DNA of 64,000 nt, taken from IMG/VR virus record IMGVR_UViG_3300034093_003283; one strand, written 5' to 3'. Position 1 is the first letter of the stretch; every line of letters begins with the position of its first letter. The notes under the pieces are model-generated. The model made no database searches. It was not told the DNA's origin and was given only the letters and a program-made list of their open reading frames with translations. Shown here piece after piece: positions 17,763-28,820 of the stretch. A program made the translations under genes and the position numbers. The DNA comes from a virus.

Positions 17763-20700
17763 ATGGCTCTAAATTTTAACGTTGATCCTTACTATGATGA
17801 TTTCGATGATACAAAAAACTTTCATCGAATTCTTTTCAAACCAGGTAAGGCTGTACAGGCCAGAGAATTAACACAGGCACAAACAATCCTACAGGATCAA
17901 ATTACTAAGTTTGCCAATAATATATTCAAAGAGAATTCTCCCGTAACTGGTGGACAAATTACAAGTAATTTTAGTTGTTTTTATATCAAACTACAAAGCA
18001 CATATAATGGTGCAACAATTGATGTTACCGATTTTAATGGTCTATTGTTAACTAATGCATCAGGCACAATTAAAGCAAAAGTTCTTGCTGTTGCACAAGC
18101 AACAGGTACCGCAGGTGATGGTGATCCACCAACATTGATTGTTGTTTATAAATCAGGTACACAATTTACCGACAATGATATTATCTATGATGTAAATTCA
18201 AATAAAGCTTGTCAAGCAATTACAAATAGTTCAACAGGTCAATCTTCTGTTGTTTCTATTGCCAAAGGTGTTTTCTATGTTCTTGGTAATTTTGTACAAA
18301 TTGAACCAACAACAATTATATTGAGTAAATATGACAGTACACCATCCAGAAGGGTTGGTCTGGAAATTACCGAAACAATTTATGATTATGCAAATGACGC
18401 ATCGTTGTTGGATCCTGCGGTCGGTGCATCAAACTATCAGGCACCAGGTGCAGACAGATATGTGATTAGCCTGGAACTTACAGCAAAGCCATTATATTTT
18501 GGTGATGACCAATTTTTCATTGAATTACTTCGTGTTGAAGAAGGCAATATTTTCAAAATGGTTGACGGTTCAGTTTATGCGGTAATTGATGATTATTTTG
18601 CAAAACGTGACTATGAAACAAATGGTGACTACATTGTAAACGATTTCAGTATAACACCAAAAGTTGATTCGGCTGATGAGGACAAGTATATAATAGGTGT
18701 TGGTAAAGGCCTTGCATATGTACATGGTTATCGTGTAGAAAATCCTTCACCTGTTAATATATCATCCAATCGTGCAAGAACAGTAGATTCAAAAGGAAAT
18801 GATTCAACAGTTATAAACTATGGCAGTTATTTTATTGTGTCCAATGTTCATGGCGCAAACTCAAAAACATTTGATGTAACAACAGCAAACACAATAGATT
18901 TTCACTGTGTTACAACAGATAATGTACACACAGCCAACGCAACAACCTATAATTCCACATTGGTGGCCAGAGGTTATATTCGTGGTTTAGATTATCAAAG
19001 CGCACCAACAGCCAATGCAAATACACATATTTTTAAGGCAATGGTATATGATTTACAGAATCAAGCTCTAACTGGTACAGTTGCTTCAGCATCATCAACA
19101 ACCGTAGTTCTACCAGCCGCAAACGGACAAACATCTTCATTTGATGATGCATATGTTGGTGTTGACATTTCAATTACATCAGGAACAAATGCAGGTGAGA
19201 CAAGAACAATTACAGCATACGTAGGTTCCACAAGAACTGCAACTGTAAACAGGTCTTGGAGTGTAACACCAGATGCAACATCTATTTTTGTAATGAATTT
19301 TGATACTACTGATGTAGAATCTATGTTGCAAATTAGTAGTAGTGGATACACCGTATATGGTAAAGCAAAAATAGATAACACAGGAAAAGTCAATGGATTA
19401 GCTTCTGGTGATGCAATTTTTGAAAATCCAAACAAACCAGAATTAATATTCCCAATAGGACTACCTTATGTTTCATCTGTTTCCGATGCATTCTATACAT
19501 CTTTTATTGAAATTAGAGGTGTTCCTTTTGGTATTTCTGGTGGCACATTATCCGCAACAGTAGACCTTACAAGTTATAGTGATAAAATTTCACATATAGG
19601 TACACCAGGATTGGCTTTAAGCACAGATTTGGTTAGAGAAAACTTCACAATCATTGTGACAAATGCCCAATCAAATTCAAAATTTGCGGCCGGTGACATT
19701 GTTAATTGGTCAGTATCTCCTAGAGAAATTACAATGAATGGTGATTTATCTGTTGCGACATTGACAACCACAACAGCAGATTTGGCTTCTGCATTTACAG
19801 CAACAATTATATTTAAAGTTGATGTGCCTGTTGCAACAGATTCTGGTGTAGTTTTGAAAATTAAAAGTTTAGTTACTGCAAATGTACAAAGAGCCGTGAT
19901 TGATGGTACACAAGTTAATACCTACACATATGTTGATGATAGTGGAACTTCTAGTGGCCAAGTTTACATTAATGCATCAGGCGTTGCTGGACCCGGTGTA
20001 AAGCAATCACTCTATTTGTCTGATGTAAAACAAATTGTAAAAATTATTGACACAAAAAATAATTCCACACCACCAAATATAACAATGTATAGTGATCCAA
20101 CATACAATGTTACAAATAATTATATATTTGATAATGGTCAAAGAGATGGTTATTACGACCATGCTTCCATTTTATTAAAACCTGGCGCACCAAAACCAGG
20201 TGGCCACTTACACATATTGCTTGATTATTATAAACATTCCGGTGGTGATGGTTATTTCAATCAATCATCTTATACAGGTTTTTCATCACCAGAAAATTAC
20301 AGGGAAATTCCAAATTACACAAGTAAAAGTGGAACAACATATTCATTAAGAGATTGTTTAGATTTTAGGCCATCGAGACAAAATGCTCAAGCAGATTTTG
20401 TTTTCCGTTATTCTAATCCTTCAGACTCAAGATTTGGATTTTTATTGCCTGTAGATTCAACAAGTTTTATCTGTGATTATGAATATTATCTTGGTCGTAA
20501 AGATAAATTGATTCTAACTAAAGATAGAAGCCTACAAATAATTGAAGGTGCACCATCAGTAAATCCAATTCTACCCAGTGAACCAGATTCTTCATTAACA
20601 ATTGCCAATATCACACATAATCCATATACTGGATATGTGACAACAGAAGTTCCACCAGGTAAATTACCAGATTTATCAATCGATAAGGTACAACACCGCC

Positions 20701-23700
20701 GTTACACAATGGCTGATATTGCAGGACTTGACACAAGAATTAACCGTGTTGAATACTACACATCCTTAAATTCACTTGAACAAAATGCAAATTCATTGCA
20801 AATTTCAGATGCATATGGATTAAACAGATTCAAAAATGGTATCATGGTGGATGATTTCTCCGGTTTTTCAGCATCAGACGCCGGTGTTACAGACTTTAAT
20901 GCAAACATTAATAGAAGAACCAGACAATTAACTGCTGGCCAAATTGTTAAAAATTTCCCATTGAAGAATTTGGCAATGGTCTATAACATGAATTCACCAA
21001 CAGCAGCAACTATTTCTGCATTGAATTTCAATGTTAGTCGAGATGGTTCAGTAAACTATTTTACACTACCATATACAACAACCAACATTTTTTCACAAAA
21101 ATTAGCAAGTAGAACAACCAATGTAAACCCATTCAATACTCCTTTTTCAAAAGGTAGTTTGTCATTATCTCCAAACATGGACACTTGGGTAGACACAACA
21201 TATTCACCAGCCCTATTGGTTGTTGATCCTAATCTACAAGTGTATCAAAGAGGAAATGTTGATAACACATTGGCTTTTGGTGACTGGCAAACAGTTCCTG
21301 GAACATCAGCAACAAGTTTACAGTCACAGAAATCTAGTCCTTGGGCAACCATTTCAAATTCTGTTGGATGGACCGGTGGAACAACTGGATTGCAACAAAC
21401 AACAATACAGAATTCCACACTATCTTCAACTTACATTACAAAGTTTAAAGAACAACAAAGTAATTTAGTTGGACCATACAATAAAATAGATAACACGTAT
21501 GCATTGAACAATGGTTACATAAATGACATTAGTATTCTTCCATGGATCAAACCACAACAAATTACAATCATAGCTTCTAATTTGTTGATTAAAACAAAAC
21601 TAAATGCTTTCTTTGATAATATAAATGTTAATACTTATGTTCGCAAATTAAACACAATTGAAGTTGCGTCAGTTACAGGTATATTTAAAGCAGGTGAAAT
21701 TATTGGATATTATTCATCCGGAACATTTACACCTACAGCTAAAATTGTTGGTGTGTATAATTATACTGACACAACAAAGATGCGTTTGTATGTTTCAAAC
21801 GATTTTAAGACAACAACATACAATAATAGTTTAACGTTACAAAACGGTTTCTTTAATGCATCAGGTGTTTACCAATCATCTACTGCTTCCGGCACTGTTG
21901 TTGCAACACAATTTAACAACTCCAGTGAACACTATAGTGGTACATTGAAAGATTCAACATCTCTTACATCAATACAATTATCACCATTAGCATCAAGTGT
22001 AAATGATTTTTACAATGGTTTAACGATTTATATAACATCTGGTACAGGTGCTGGCCAGTCAGCTGTGATTTCAGATTATGTCGGATCAACAAAAGTAGCA
22101 ACACTTGCGACACCTATAGCAGTAGCTTCAATTGTTGGATTGCCAGATAGAGAAACATATTCCATTGGTTCAAACACAGGTTCAATTGAAACTAATGAAC
22201 GTGGTGATTTCTTTGGTGTGTTTACGGTACCAGCAAATACTTTCCACACTGGCCAAAAAGTCTTCCGTTTAGACAATCGCATCAATAATAATGCTGCTAC
22301 AGTATCAACATATGCAGAAGGTACCTTCTATGCAGAAGGACTCCAAGTCAATAAACAAAATATTGATTTTGGTGCATCACCATCTGGAGCAAAAGATACT
22401 TTCAGACAAACATTGTATAAAGATTCTTCTTATACAACCAATACATCAGAAGTACAATCAAGAAGAATAGTTACAGATTTGGAACCTCCACCACCTCCAT
22501 CAGGTGATCCTGTTGCTCAAACTTTTCAAATTGATCCAACAAACTTTCCAAATGGTGCGTTCCTTTCTTCAATCAGAGTGTTCTTTGCAGCAAAACCAAC
22601 ATCAACAAATGATGGTTCACCAATAACACTTTCAATTGTTGGTACACTGAATGGTTATCCAAACGGAGCAACATTGGATCATTCAGTAGTTACTTTGGAT
22701 CCAACTAAAATTAAGGTTTCTTCAACACCACAATTTGTAGATTCAACAACATACACCGAATTTACATTCAGTGCGCCAGTTTACATCGAATCTGGTGTGT
22801 TGTATGCATTTATTGTTAAATCTTTGTCAAATGAATACACATTGTGGACTGCATCAAACAATGAGGAAGCATTACCATCAACGGTAAAAAATCTTCCGAC
22901 CGATCCATATCCAAGTTCAATTACAAAAATATCAGCCGCACACTATGTTGGTGGTATGTTTATTTCTCAAAACTCACAAACCTGGGAAGCAGATCAAAAT
23001 CAAAGTGTGATGTTTACAGCTGAACGTTGTGTGTTTAACACTGCTGTTACACCATCAATTAGAATGGTTATACCTAAAAAATTACCACAAAGAACTTTGG
23101 TTGATTCTGAAATTGATTTTTACAAAAATGCAAACACAATGACAGATTTGATTTCAACAACATCAAATTCTGATATGTTGGTGGATGCATTTAACATATC
23201 AACAACCGATTTTGTACCATCATCAACGTCAATCAATTACAATTACGATGCAACTTTACAAAGCGGCAGTTCTGCTGGCCAGGTCGCAATAAATCCAGGC
23301 AAATATGGTACAACAATGTATGAACATATACATTTAGATGATAATCAAGGTGAAAGATTGTTAATTGCTAATTCAGAAACATCTTTCTCATTATATGGTC
23401 AACTTTATTCAGTAGACAATGCTGTTTCTCCAGTTATTTCTGATGCTGGAACAACTGTATTTACAGTGCAGTATAATATCAACAACTGCCCTCTGTCAAA
23501 CAGTTTAATATCACTTGTTTCTCAAGGATCCAGTTACAATATAAGTAATACCACAGTAAGTATTTCCGCACCAACAGGTAAAAATGGTATTCAAGCTTAT
23601 GCTTCACCTGTTATTGTAGGTGGTAATGTAACTTCAATCTACATTACAACACCAGGTTCTGGTTATATTGAAACACCAACAGTTTCAATTGTTGTGGGTA

Positions 23701-24191
23701 GTGGTTCTGCTTCTGGTGCATCTGCAATCATAACAGGTGAAACTTCCAAGAATGGTGGTCCTGCTGCAACAAGATATATAACCAAGAAGGTTGTATTGGA
23801 TGCAGGATTCGATTCTGGTGATTTGAATGTTTATTTGTCTGCTTATCGTCCAAATGGGACAGATATATTGGTATATTACAAAATTTTGAATAGAAATGAT
23901 ACTCAAGGTTTTGCTGACGGTTCTTGGAAGTTGATGACAAAAACTAGAAGTTCGGATACATTATATTCTAAATTTAGAAATGATCTACATGAATATACTT
24001 TTGCGCCAGGAAGTTTGGGTGCCGAACAAGGTTATGTTTCTTATACTTCAACTAATGGCCAAACATACAATTCGTTCAATCAATTTGCAATCAAGATCGT
24101 TTTGGTCACCACAGATAATACTGTAGTTCCACACTTAACAGACATGAGATGTATTGCACTTCCTTCCAACATCAATAGTTCAATCGGTTAA
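17763..24191 (+). CDS. Large virion structural protein (DUF4815/VrlC-like)
   Basis: N-terminal NV.PYYDDFD..KNFHRILFKPG.AVQARELTQ.Q.ILQ, APGADRY, GKG.AYV.GY, DFRP, RRYTM.DI..L..RI..VEYYTSL, RFKNG..VDDF, DPVAQTF, C-terminal F..FAIKIV. Confidence 0.8.
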   Translation: MALNFNVDPYYDDFDDTKNFHRILFKPGKAVQARELTQAQTILQDQITKFANNIFKENSPVTGGQITSNFSCFYIKLQSTYNGATIDVTDFNGLLLTNASGTIKAKVLAVAQATGTAGDGDPPTLIVVYKSGTQFTDNDIIYDVNSNKACQAITNSSTGQSSVVSIAKGVFYVLGNFVQIEPTTIILSKYDSTPSRRVGLEITETIYDYANDASLLDPAVGASNYQAPGADRYVISLELTAKPLYFGDDQFFIELLRVEEGNIFKMVDGSVYAVIDDYFAKRDYETNGDYIVNDFSITPKVDSADEDKYIIGVGKGLAYVHGYRVENPSPVNISSNRARTVDSKGNDSTVINYGSYFIVSNVHGANSKTFDVTTANTIDFHCVTTDNVHTANATTYNSTLVARGYIRGLDYQSAPTANANTHIFKAMVYDLQNQALTGTVASASSTTVVLPAANGQTSSFDDAYVGVDISITSGTNAGETRTITAYVGSTRTATVNRSWSVTPDATSIFVMNFDTTDVESMLQISSSGYTVYGKAKIDNTGKVNGLASGDAIFENPNKPELIFPIGLPYVSSVSDAFYTSFIEIRGVPFGISGGTLSATVDLTSYSDKISHIGTPGLALSTDLVRENFTIIVTNAQSNSKFAAGDIVNWSVSPREITMNGDLSVATLTTTTADLASAFTATIIFKVDVPVATDSGVVLKIKSLVTANVQRAVIDGTQVNTYTYVDDSGTSSGQVYINASGVAGPGVKQSLYLSDVKQIVKIIDTKNNSTPPNITMYSDPTYNVTNNYIFDNGQRDGYYDHASILLKPGAPKPGGHLHILLDYYKHSGGDGYFNQSSYTGFSSPENYREIPNYTSKSGTTYSLRDCLDFRPSRQNAQADFVFRYSNPSDSRFGFLLPVDSTSFICDYEYYLGRKDKLILTKDRSLQIIEGAPSVNPILPSEPDSSLTIANITHNPYTGYVTTEVPPGKLPDLSIDKVQHRRYTMADIAGLDTRINRVEYYTSLNSLEQNANSLQISDAYGLNRFKNGIMVDDFSGFSASDAGVTDFNANINRRTRQLTAGQIVKNFPLKNLAMVYNMNSPTAATISALNFNVSRDGSVNYFTLPYTTTNIFSQKLASRTTNVNPFNTPFSKGSLSLSPNMDTWVDTTYSPALLVVDPNLQVYQRGNVDNTLAFGDWQTVPGTSATSLQSQKSSPWATISNSVGWTGGTTGLQQTTIQNSTLSSTYITKFKEQQSNLVGPYNKIDNTYALNNGYINDISILPWIKPQQITIIASNLLIKTKLNAFFDNINVNTYVRKLNTIEVASVTGIFKAGEIIGYYSSGTFTPTAKIVGVYNYTDTTKMRLYVSNDFKTTTYNNSLTLQNGFFNASGVYQSSTASGTVVATQFNNSSEHYSGTLKDSTSLTSIQLSPLASSVNDFYNGLTIYITSGTGAGQSAVISDYVGSTKVATLATPIAVASIVGLPDRETYSIGSNTGSIETNERGDFFGVFTVPANTFHTGQKVFRLDNRINNNAATVSTYAEGTFYAEGLQVNKQNIDFGASPSGAKDTFRQTLYKDSSYTTNTSEVQSRRIVTDLEPPPPPSGDPVAQTFQIDPTNFPNGAFLSSIRVFFAAKPTSTNDGSPITLSIVGTLNGYPNGATLDHSVVTLDPTKIKVSSTPQFVDSTTYTEFTFSAPVYIESGVLYAFIVKSLSNEYTLWTASNNEEALPSTVKNLPTDPYPSSITKISAAHYVGGMFISQNSQTWEADQNQSVMFTAERCVFNTAVTPSIRMVIPKKLPQRTLVDSEIDFYKNANTMTDLISTTSNSDMLVDAFNISTTDFVPSSTSINYNYDATLQSGSSAGQVAINPGKYGTTMYEHIHLDDNQGERLLIANSETSFSLYGQLYSVDNAVSPVISDAGTTVFTVQYNINNCPLSNSLISLVSQGSSYNISNTTVSISAPTGKNGIQAYASPVIVGGNVTSIYITTPGSGYIETPTVSIVVGSGSASGASAIITGETSKNGGPAATRYITKKVVLDAGFDSGDLNVYLSAYRPNGTDILVYYKILNRNDTQGFADGSWKLMTKTRSSDTLYSKFRNDLHEYTFAPGSLGAEQGYVSYTSTNGQTYNSFNQFAIKIVLVTTDNTVVPHLTDMRCIALPSNINSSIG

Positions 24192-24193
24192 TT

Positions 24194-24415
24194 ATGTCAT
24201 ATTTGAAGGTTGAAGGTACAAAATTGGTGAGAGATACCAGAAGCGGTGCAATTATAAATCAAGATAAAAATGGTTTAGATGAGTATTTGAATAAACGCCG
24301 AGCATTAGAGTCTCAAAAAAATGAAATAAATAATGTTAAGTCTGAGGTTAAAGAACTCAGAGAAGATATAACGGAAATAAAAAGTTTGTTATTAAAACTA
24401 TTAGAAAAAGGTTAA
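24194..24415 (+). CDS. Small conserved coiled-coil virion protein
   Basis: YLKVEG..LVRD..SGAIIN followed by a heptad coil (E.N.VK.E..E....I.EIK.LL). Directly follows the DUF4815-like gene. Confidence 0.75.
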   Translation: MSYLKVEGTKLVRDTRSGAIINQDKNGLDEYLNKRRALESQKNEINNVKSEVKELREDITEIKSLLLKLLEKG

Positions 24416-24416
24416 A

Positions 24417-27400
24417 ATGGCTAATACAGTATCCTCATTAAGTTATGCCAATACATTTGGTGATTGGATGGTTGCGACCAACAATTTAGTTATAGAAAAT
24501 AACATTATTGCCAAAGAAAATTATGTCAAAGATTCTGGAACTTTATATCTTTCAGAAAGTTCACAAACAGCTCTTCAATCAAATGGTAATGTTATTATAC
24601 AGAAAGTATTTTCTGTTGTGGGTATTGGTTCATCTGCAACCATTCAAAACAATTTAGATGTTCAGGGTCAAGGTTATTTTTCAAATGCATATTTAAGTCT
24701 TGCAACAACAGGAAGTGCAAACGTTGGTAATGTATTACATGTTTTAGGATCAGGCACAGCATTAAGAGTTGCAAACAATTCTCAATTTAATGGAAATATT
24801 TCTGTAGTAGGTGGAACATTTACAGAAACATTACAATCAAACAATTCTGTTAACACATCAAATGCTTCAATATACAATACTGTATACACAAATAAAGTAC
24901 AAGCAAATACTAATATTGTAACAGGCACACTTACTGCAAACAATAAAGTATTCACCAATGATGTACAGGCAAACACAAGTATACTTACATCAACAATTCA
25001 GGCCAATACACACGTTACTACAACATCTGTTGGTGTAAGTGGCACAGCTTGGGTAAATGTATTACAAGCCAATACATCAACAAATACATCCAATGCATCT
25101 GTCATACACACATTATATGCAAATGTGGTGCAAGCCAATATATCTACAAATACAATAACTGCTTCGGTCACTGGTACCACATTCACTGATGTATTGCAGG
25201 CTAACACTTCAGCCAATACCAGAACTCTATCAGTAACTGGTACTGCATTTACTGATGTTCTACAAGCTAATTCTTCATCCAATACAGCAAATGCATCAGT
25301 TTATTGGACATTATATGCAAATGTTGTGCAAGCAAATGTATCAACCAATACAACGACAGCTTCAGTTACTGGTACCACATTTACAGATGTTCTACAAGCC
25401 AATACATCTGCAAACACAACAACATTATCTGTAACTGGTACTTCTCTTACAGATATATTGCAGGCAAATACATCTGCAAACACAACAACATTATCTGTAA
25501 CTGGTACTTCTCTTACAGATGTTCTACAAGCCAATACATCAGCCAATACCAGAACCATGTCGGTTACTGGTGTCACACACACTGATGTGTTACAAGCTAA
25601 TACATCCACAAATACCAGAACCATGTCGGTTACTGGTGTCACACACACTGATGTGTTACAAGCTAATACATCAGCCAATACTAGAACTTTATCGGTTACT
25701 GGTACCACATTTACTGATGTTCTACAAGCTAACACATCAGCCAATACTAGAACTCTATCAGTAACTGGTACTGCATTTACTGATGTATTGGTAGCAAATA
25801 ACAGAGTTAATGTAGTAAATGTTTGGTCGACTCACACAGTAACGGCAAATACAATAAGAGCAAATACCGATGTTTATACACCAAATGTTAGAGTTTCACA
25901 ATTAATTGATGCTGAAAATGCTGAAGCAAGAGTTTACAACCTACAGGTGGGTGAAGGTGGTTTAAGTATTGAAGGTAATTTTACACTTAATGGAAGAACG
26001 GTATTCAATTCAAATGAATTTATAATAAGTCAAGGAACACCAAATCAAACATCAAAATTTAGTACTTTTAGAACAGCTAATGGTGCAACAAATGGAGTTG
26101 CAGCGAATGCGTCCATTCGTTGGAATGAAACAGATAATTATTTTGATCTAAATGATGTTGATACTGGAACATATTACAGAATTATTACCGAACAGCAACT
26201 TAGTGATTCTACAGTTACAGTAGATGGATCAAGAGCAGCTTCATTGACAGCCGCAAACACATTAAATGACGCAATTCAAACTGCAAATACTTTCCTAAGA
26301 AGTCGTTCAGATTCATCATCCGTATATGCAAATGGTGCTTTTGCTGCATCTAATTCAGCTTCCAATTACGCTAATGGCGCTTTCGATGCAGCTAATTCTG
26401 CAAGTCTATATGCTAACGGTGCTTTCGCAGCAGCAAACAATGTTGGACCACAAATTGAACCAGCACACGCAAAAGCCAATGCGGCTTTTGCAAAGGCAAA
26501 TGCTGCCACTTCCGAAATTAAAGGAACAACTGGTTCAATATCACCAACCAATGCGTCATTAACATTCACCTCAAACAATGGTGTGCAAATTTATGCAACC
26601 ACTGCAAACACCTTAGCAATCAGCACATCACAAGATTTGCGGACTACTGCAACTCCGTCATTTTCTTCATTGACATTACCTGGAACTCCATTGCCAACAT
26701 CATCTGGTGGTACTGGTTCAACATCTGCATCATCAGCCTTCAATACACTGGTTGCGGCTGCTACAGGCACGGCAAGTGGAACTTCAGGTTATGTACTTGC
26801 AACTGGTGGAGCAGGTAGCTTCTACTGGACTGCTGCAGGTGCAGGCGGTGCAGGTACGCAACCCGGCACTAGAATTACATCTAATAGATTGTCTTATACT
26901 GGTGATGGTACAACAACACTATTTGACACACCAACATTCAGTCAAGCCAACCAAGTCAGAGTGTATATTAACGGTGTTCGTCAATTAGAATCTGAGTATA
27001 GTTTAAATTCTGGTACATCTAAAGTAACAATGAGTGTTGCACCAGTTCTTAATGATAAAATGTTGGTCGAAGTTGATGGTTATGCAGTATATGAATATTT
27101 TGCAAACAATATTGTATACGGACCAGCAACAGGTGCTCTTACAACAGGCACAATTCAAAGTGCAATTGATGCATTAGAATCTGGTAAGATGCCAAAAAGT
27201 GGCGGTACATTTACTGGCCAAGTTATTGGTCAAACAATTCCCACAGCAACAGCAAACACTTCACTAGCAACCACAACATATGTACACAATTTAGCAAACT
27301 CTAGCTGGACCTTTTCACACAGTATAACAGGTAATGCAGGTACAGTGACAAATGGTGTGTATACAACATCAAGTCTTGCAGATCCAGCATTTATAACATC

Positions 27401-28820
27401 GTTAAGTGCAAGTAAGTTATCTGGTGGCACAATTAGTAGTGCAATACTAGGCAATTCATCCGTCTTTATTGGCACAACTTCTATTCCACTCAATCGTGCA
27501 TCGGGTGGTTCACACACATTGAGTGGCGTAAGTATTTCTGGTGATGCGGGAACAGTTGGCACTTTATCGGTTCATACTGGTGTTAACAACGAAGCAAATA
27601 AAATTGTAAGAACAGATGCGGCAGGAAACACCTCTATAAAATATTTAATTACTTCTGCACACGAAAAAATTGCAGCAAGTCCAGTTTATGTCATGGCTTC
27701 AAATAGTAGTAGTACGACTGCTACTGTTACATCATATCAAACCTCTTCATTGAGTGTTGCATATGCATCGGCGGCTGGATCAGCTACAACTGCTGGATCA
27801 GCTACAACCGCAGGATCATTTGGAACAAATCGAACCAATTATAAAGGTACAACAGATGGCGCAGTAGCTGGCCAAATGATGTGGAAAAATTATGGTAATG
27901 GCCATACAATTTTCGATGCTTCTAACAGTACAAGCCCAGGTGGCGGAGCAGTTGACAATACCAATGCTGCTGTTGCGTGGTCATCAACATACCCAACATT
28001 AATGGGATGGAATGGTTCCAGCACATATGGTGTTCGTGTTGACTCTGCCAGAGTTGCAGACAGTGCAGGTAACGCAACTACAGCCGGTGGACTAAACGTA
28101 CATGCTAATAGAAATAATGAAGCCAATAAAATTGTAAGGACTGATGGTAGCGGTTATATACAAGCGGGTTATATTAATTCTAGTAGTGGTAATGAAGGCA
28201 ATAACTCTAGCCCAGCGAGAGTGTGGGGAGCAGCAAGCGAGACCGATCATTACCTACGAACATACTTAACAAGTGCGTTGAGTGTTAGTTATGCGGCCAC
28301 AGCAGGTTCTGCACCTGCAAATGGTGGAACATCAACATATGTCACCATCAACTATGACAACAATTCAAATTCCACTTATCAAGTGCTTTGGGGTTCGGGT
28401 AATGCTGTTTATGGTACTGCTGGCATCTATGTTAATCCTTATACCGACTCTCTTTTCACAACAGGTAACATTACTGCATACGCTTCTGATAAACGACTAA
28501 AAGGAAATATCAAAACAATTCAAAATGCATTGTATAAGGTATGCCAAATTTCGGGTGTTACATATGATTGGAATAAGAACACTAAAGACCTTGGTTTTAA
28601 ACCAACTTTAGAATCTGAAACAGGTGTTCTTGCACAAGAAATTCAAAAAGTTATACCTGATGCAGTAACTATTGCACCTTTTGATATGAATAGTGACGGT
28701 ACTTCAAAATCTGGTGAAAACTATTTGACTGTTAATTATGAAAAGATTATTCCATTGTTGATTGAAGCTATTAAAGAATTGAAAGCTGAAGTGGAAACAT
28801 TAAAGGGACAAATTAAATGA
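24417..28820 (+). CDS. Long tail fibre with C-terminal intramolecular chaperone (peptidase S74-like)
   Basis: N-terminal NTF..W...TN anchor, 22-aa tandem repeats, C-terminal ITAYASDKRLK.NI..I.NAL..V..I.GVTYDW...GVLAQEIQ.V.P.AV...YLTV.YEK..PLLIEAIKEL. Confidence 0.85.
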   Translation: MANTVSSLSYANTFGDWMVATNNLVIENNIIAKENYVKDSGTLYLSESSQTALQSNGNVIIQKVFSVVGIGSSATIQNNLDVQGQGYFSNAYLSLATTGSANVGNVLHVLGSGTALRVANNSQFNGNISVVGGTFTETLQSNNSVNTSNASIYNTVYTNKVQANTNIVTGTLTANNKVFTNDVQANTSILTSTIQANTHVTTTSVGVSGTAWVNVLQANTSTNTSNASVIHTLYANVVQANISTNTITASVTGTTFTDVLQANTSANTRTLSVTGTAFTDVLQANSSSNTANASVYWTLYANVVQANVSTNTTTASVTGTTFTDVLQANTSANTTTLSVTGTSLTDILQANTSANTTTLSVTGTSLTDVLQANTSANTRTMSVTGVTHTDVLQANTSTNTRTMSVTGVTHTDVLQANTSANTRTLSVTGTTFTDVLQANTSANTRTLSVTGTAFTDVLVANNRVNVVNVWSTHTVTANTIRANTDVYTPNVRVSQLIDAENAEARVYNLQVGEGGLSIEGNFTLNGRTVFNSNEFIISQGTPNQTSKFSTFRTANGATNGVAANASIRWNETDNYFDLNDVDTGTYYRIITEQQLSDSTVTVDGSRAASLTAANTLNDAIQTANTFLRSRSDSSSVYANGAFAASNSASNYANGAFDAANSASLYANGAFAAANNVGPQIEPAHAKANAAFAKANAATSEIKGTTGSISPTNASLTFTSNNGVQIYATTANTLAISTSQDLRTTATPSFSSLTLPGTPLPTSSGGTGSTSASSAFNTLVAAATGTASGTSGYVLATGGAGSFYWTAAGAGGAGTQPGTRITSNRLSYTGDGTTTLFDTPTFSQANQVRVYINGVRQLESEYSLNSGTSKVTMSVAPVLNDKMLVEVDGYAVYEYFANNIVYGPATGALTTGTIQSAIDALESGKMPKSGGTFTGQVIGQTIPTATANTSLATTTYVHNLANSSWTFSHSITGNAGTVTNGVYTTSSLADPAFITSLSASKLSGGTISSAILGNSSVFIGTTSIPLNRASGGSHTLSGVSISGDAGTVGTLSVHTGVNNEANKIVRTDAAGNTSIKYLITSAHEKIAASPVYVMASNSSSTTATVTSYQTSSLSVAYASAAGSATTAGSATTAGSFGTNRTNYKGTTDGAVAGQMMWKNYGNGHTIFDASNSTSPGGGAVDNTNAAVAWSSTYPTLMGWNGSSTYGVRVDSARVADSAGNATTAGGLNVHANRNNEANKIVRTDGSGYIQAGYINSSSGNEGNNSSPARVWGAASETDHYLRTYLTSALSVSYAATAGSAPANGGTSTYVTINYDNNSNSTYQVLWGSGNAVYGTAGIYVNPYTDSLFTTGNITAYASDKRLKGNIKTIQNALYKVCQISGVTYDWNKNTKDLGFKPTLESETGVLAQEIQKVIPDAVTIAPFDMNSDGTSKSGENYLTVNYEKIIPLLIEAIKELKAEVETLKGQIK
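24980..25800 (+). repeat. 66-bp (22-aa) tandem repeat VLQANTSANT(R/T)TLSVTG..FTD
   Basis: About a dozen consecutive units visible in DNA (gatgt(t/g)(c/t)tacaagc(c/t)aa(t/c)acatc...) and protein, degenerating towards the N-terminus. Confidence 0.95.

Noticed and set aside
24980-25800. Regular 66-bp repeat array as a possible CRISPR
   Set aside because: In-frame coding tandem repeat with synonymous variation and no unique spacers.
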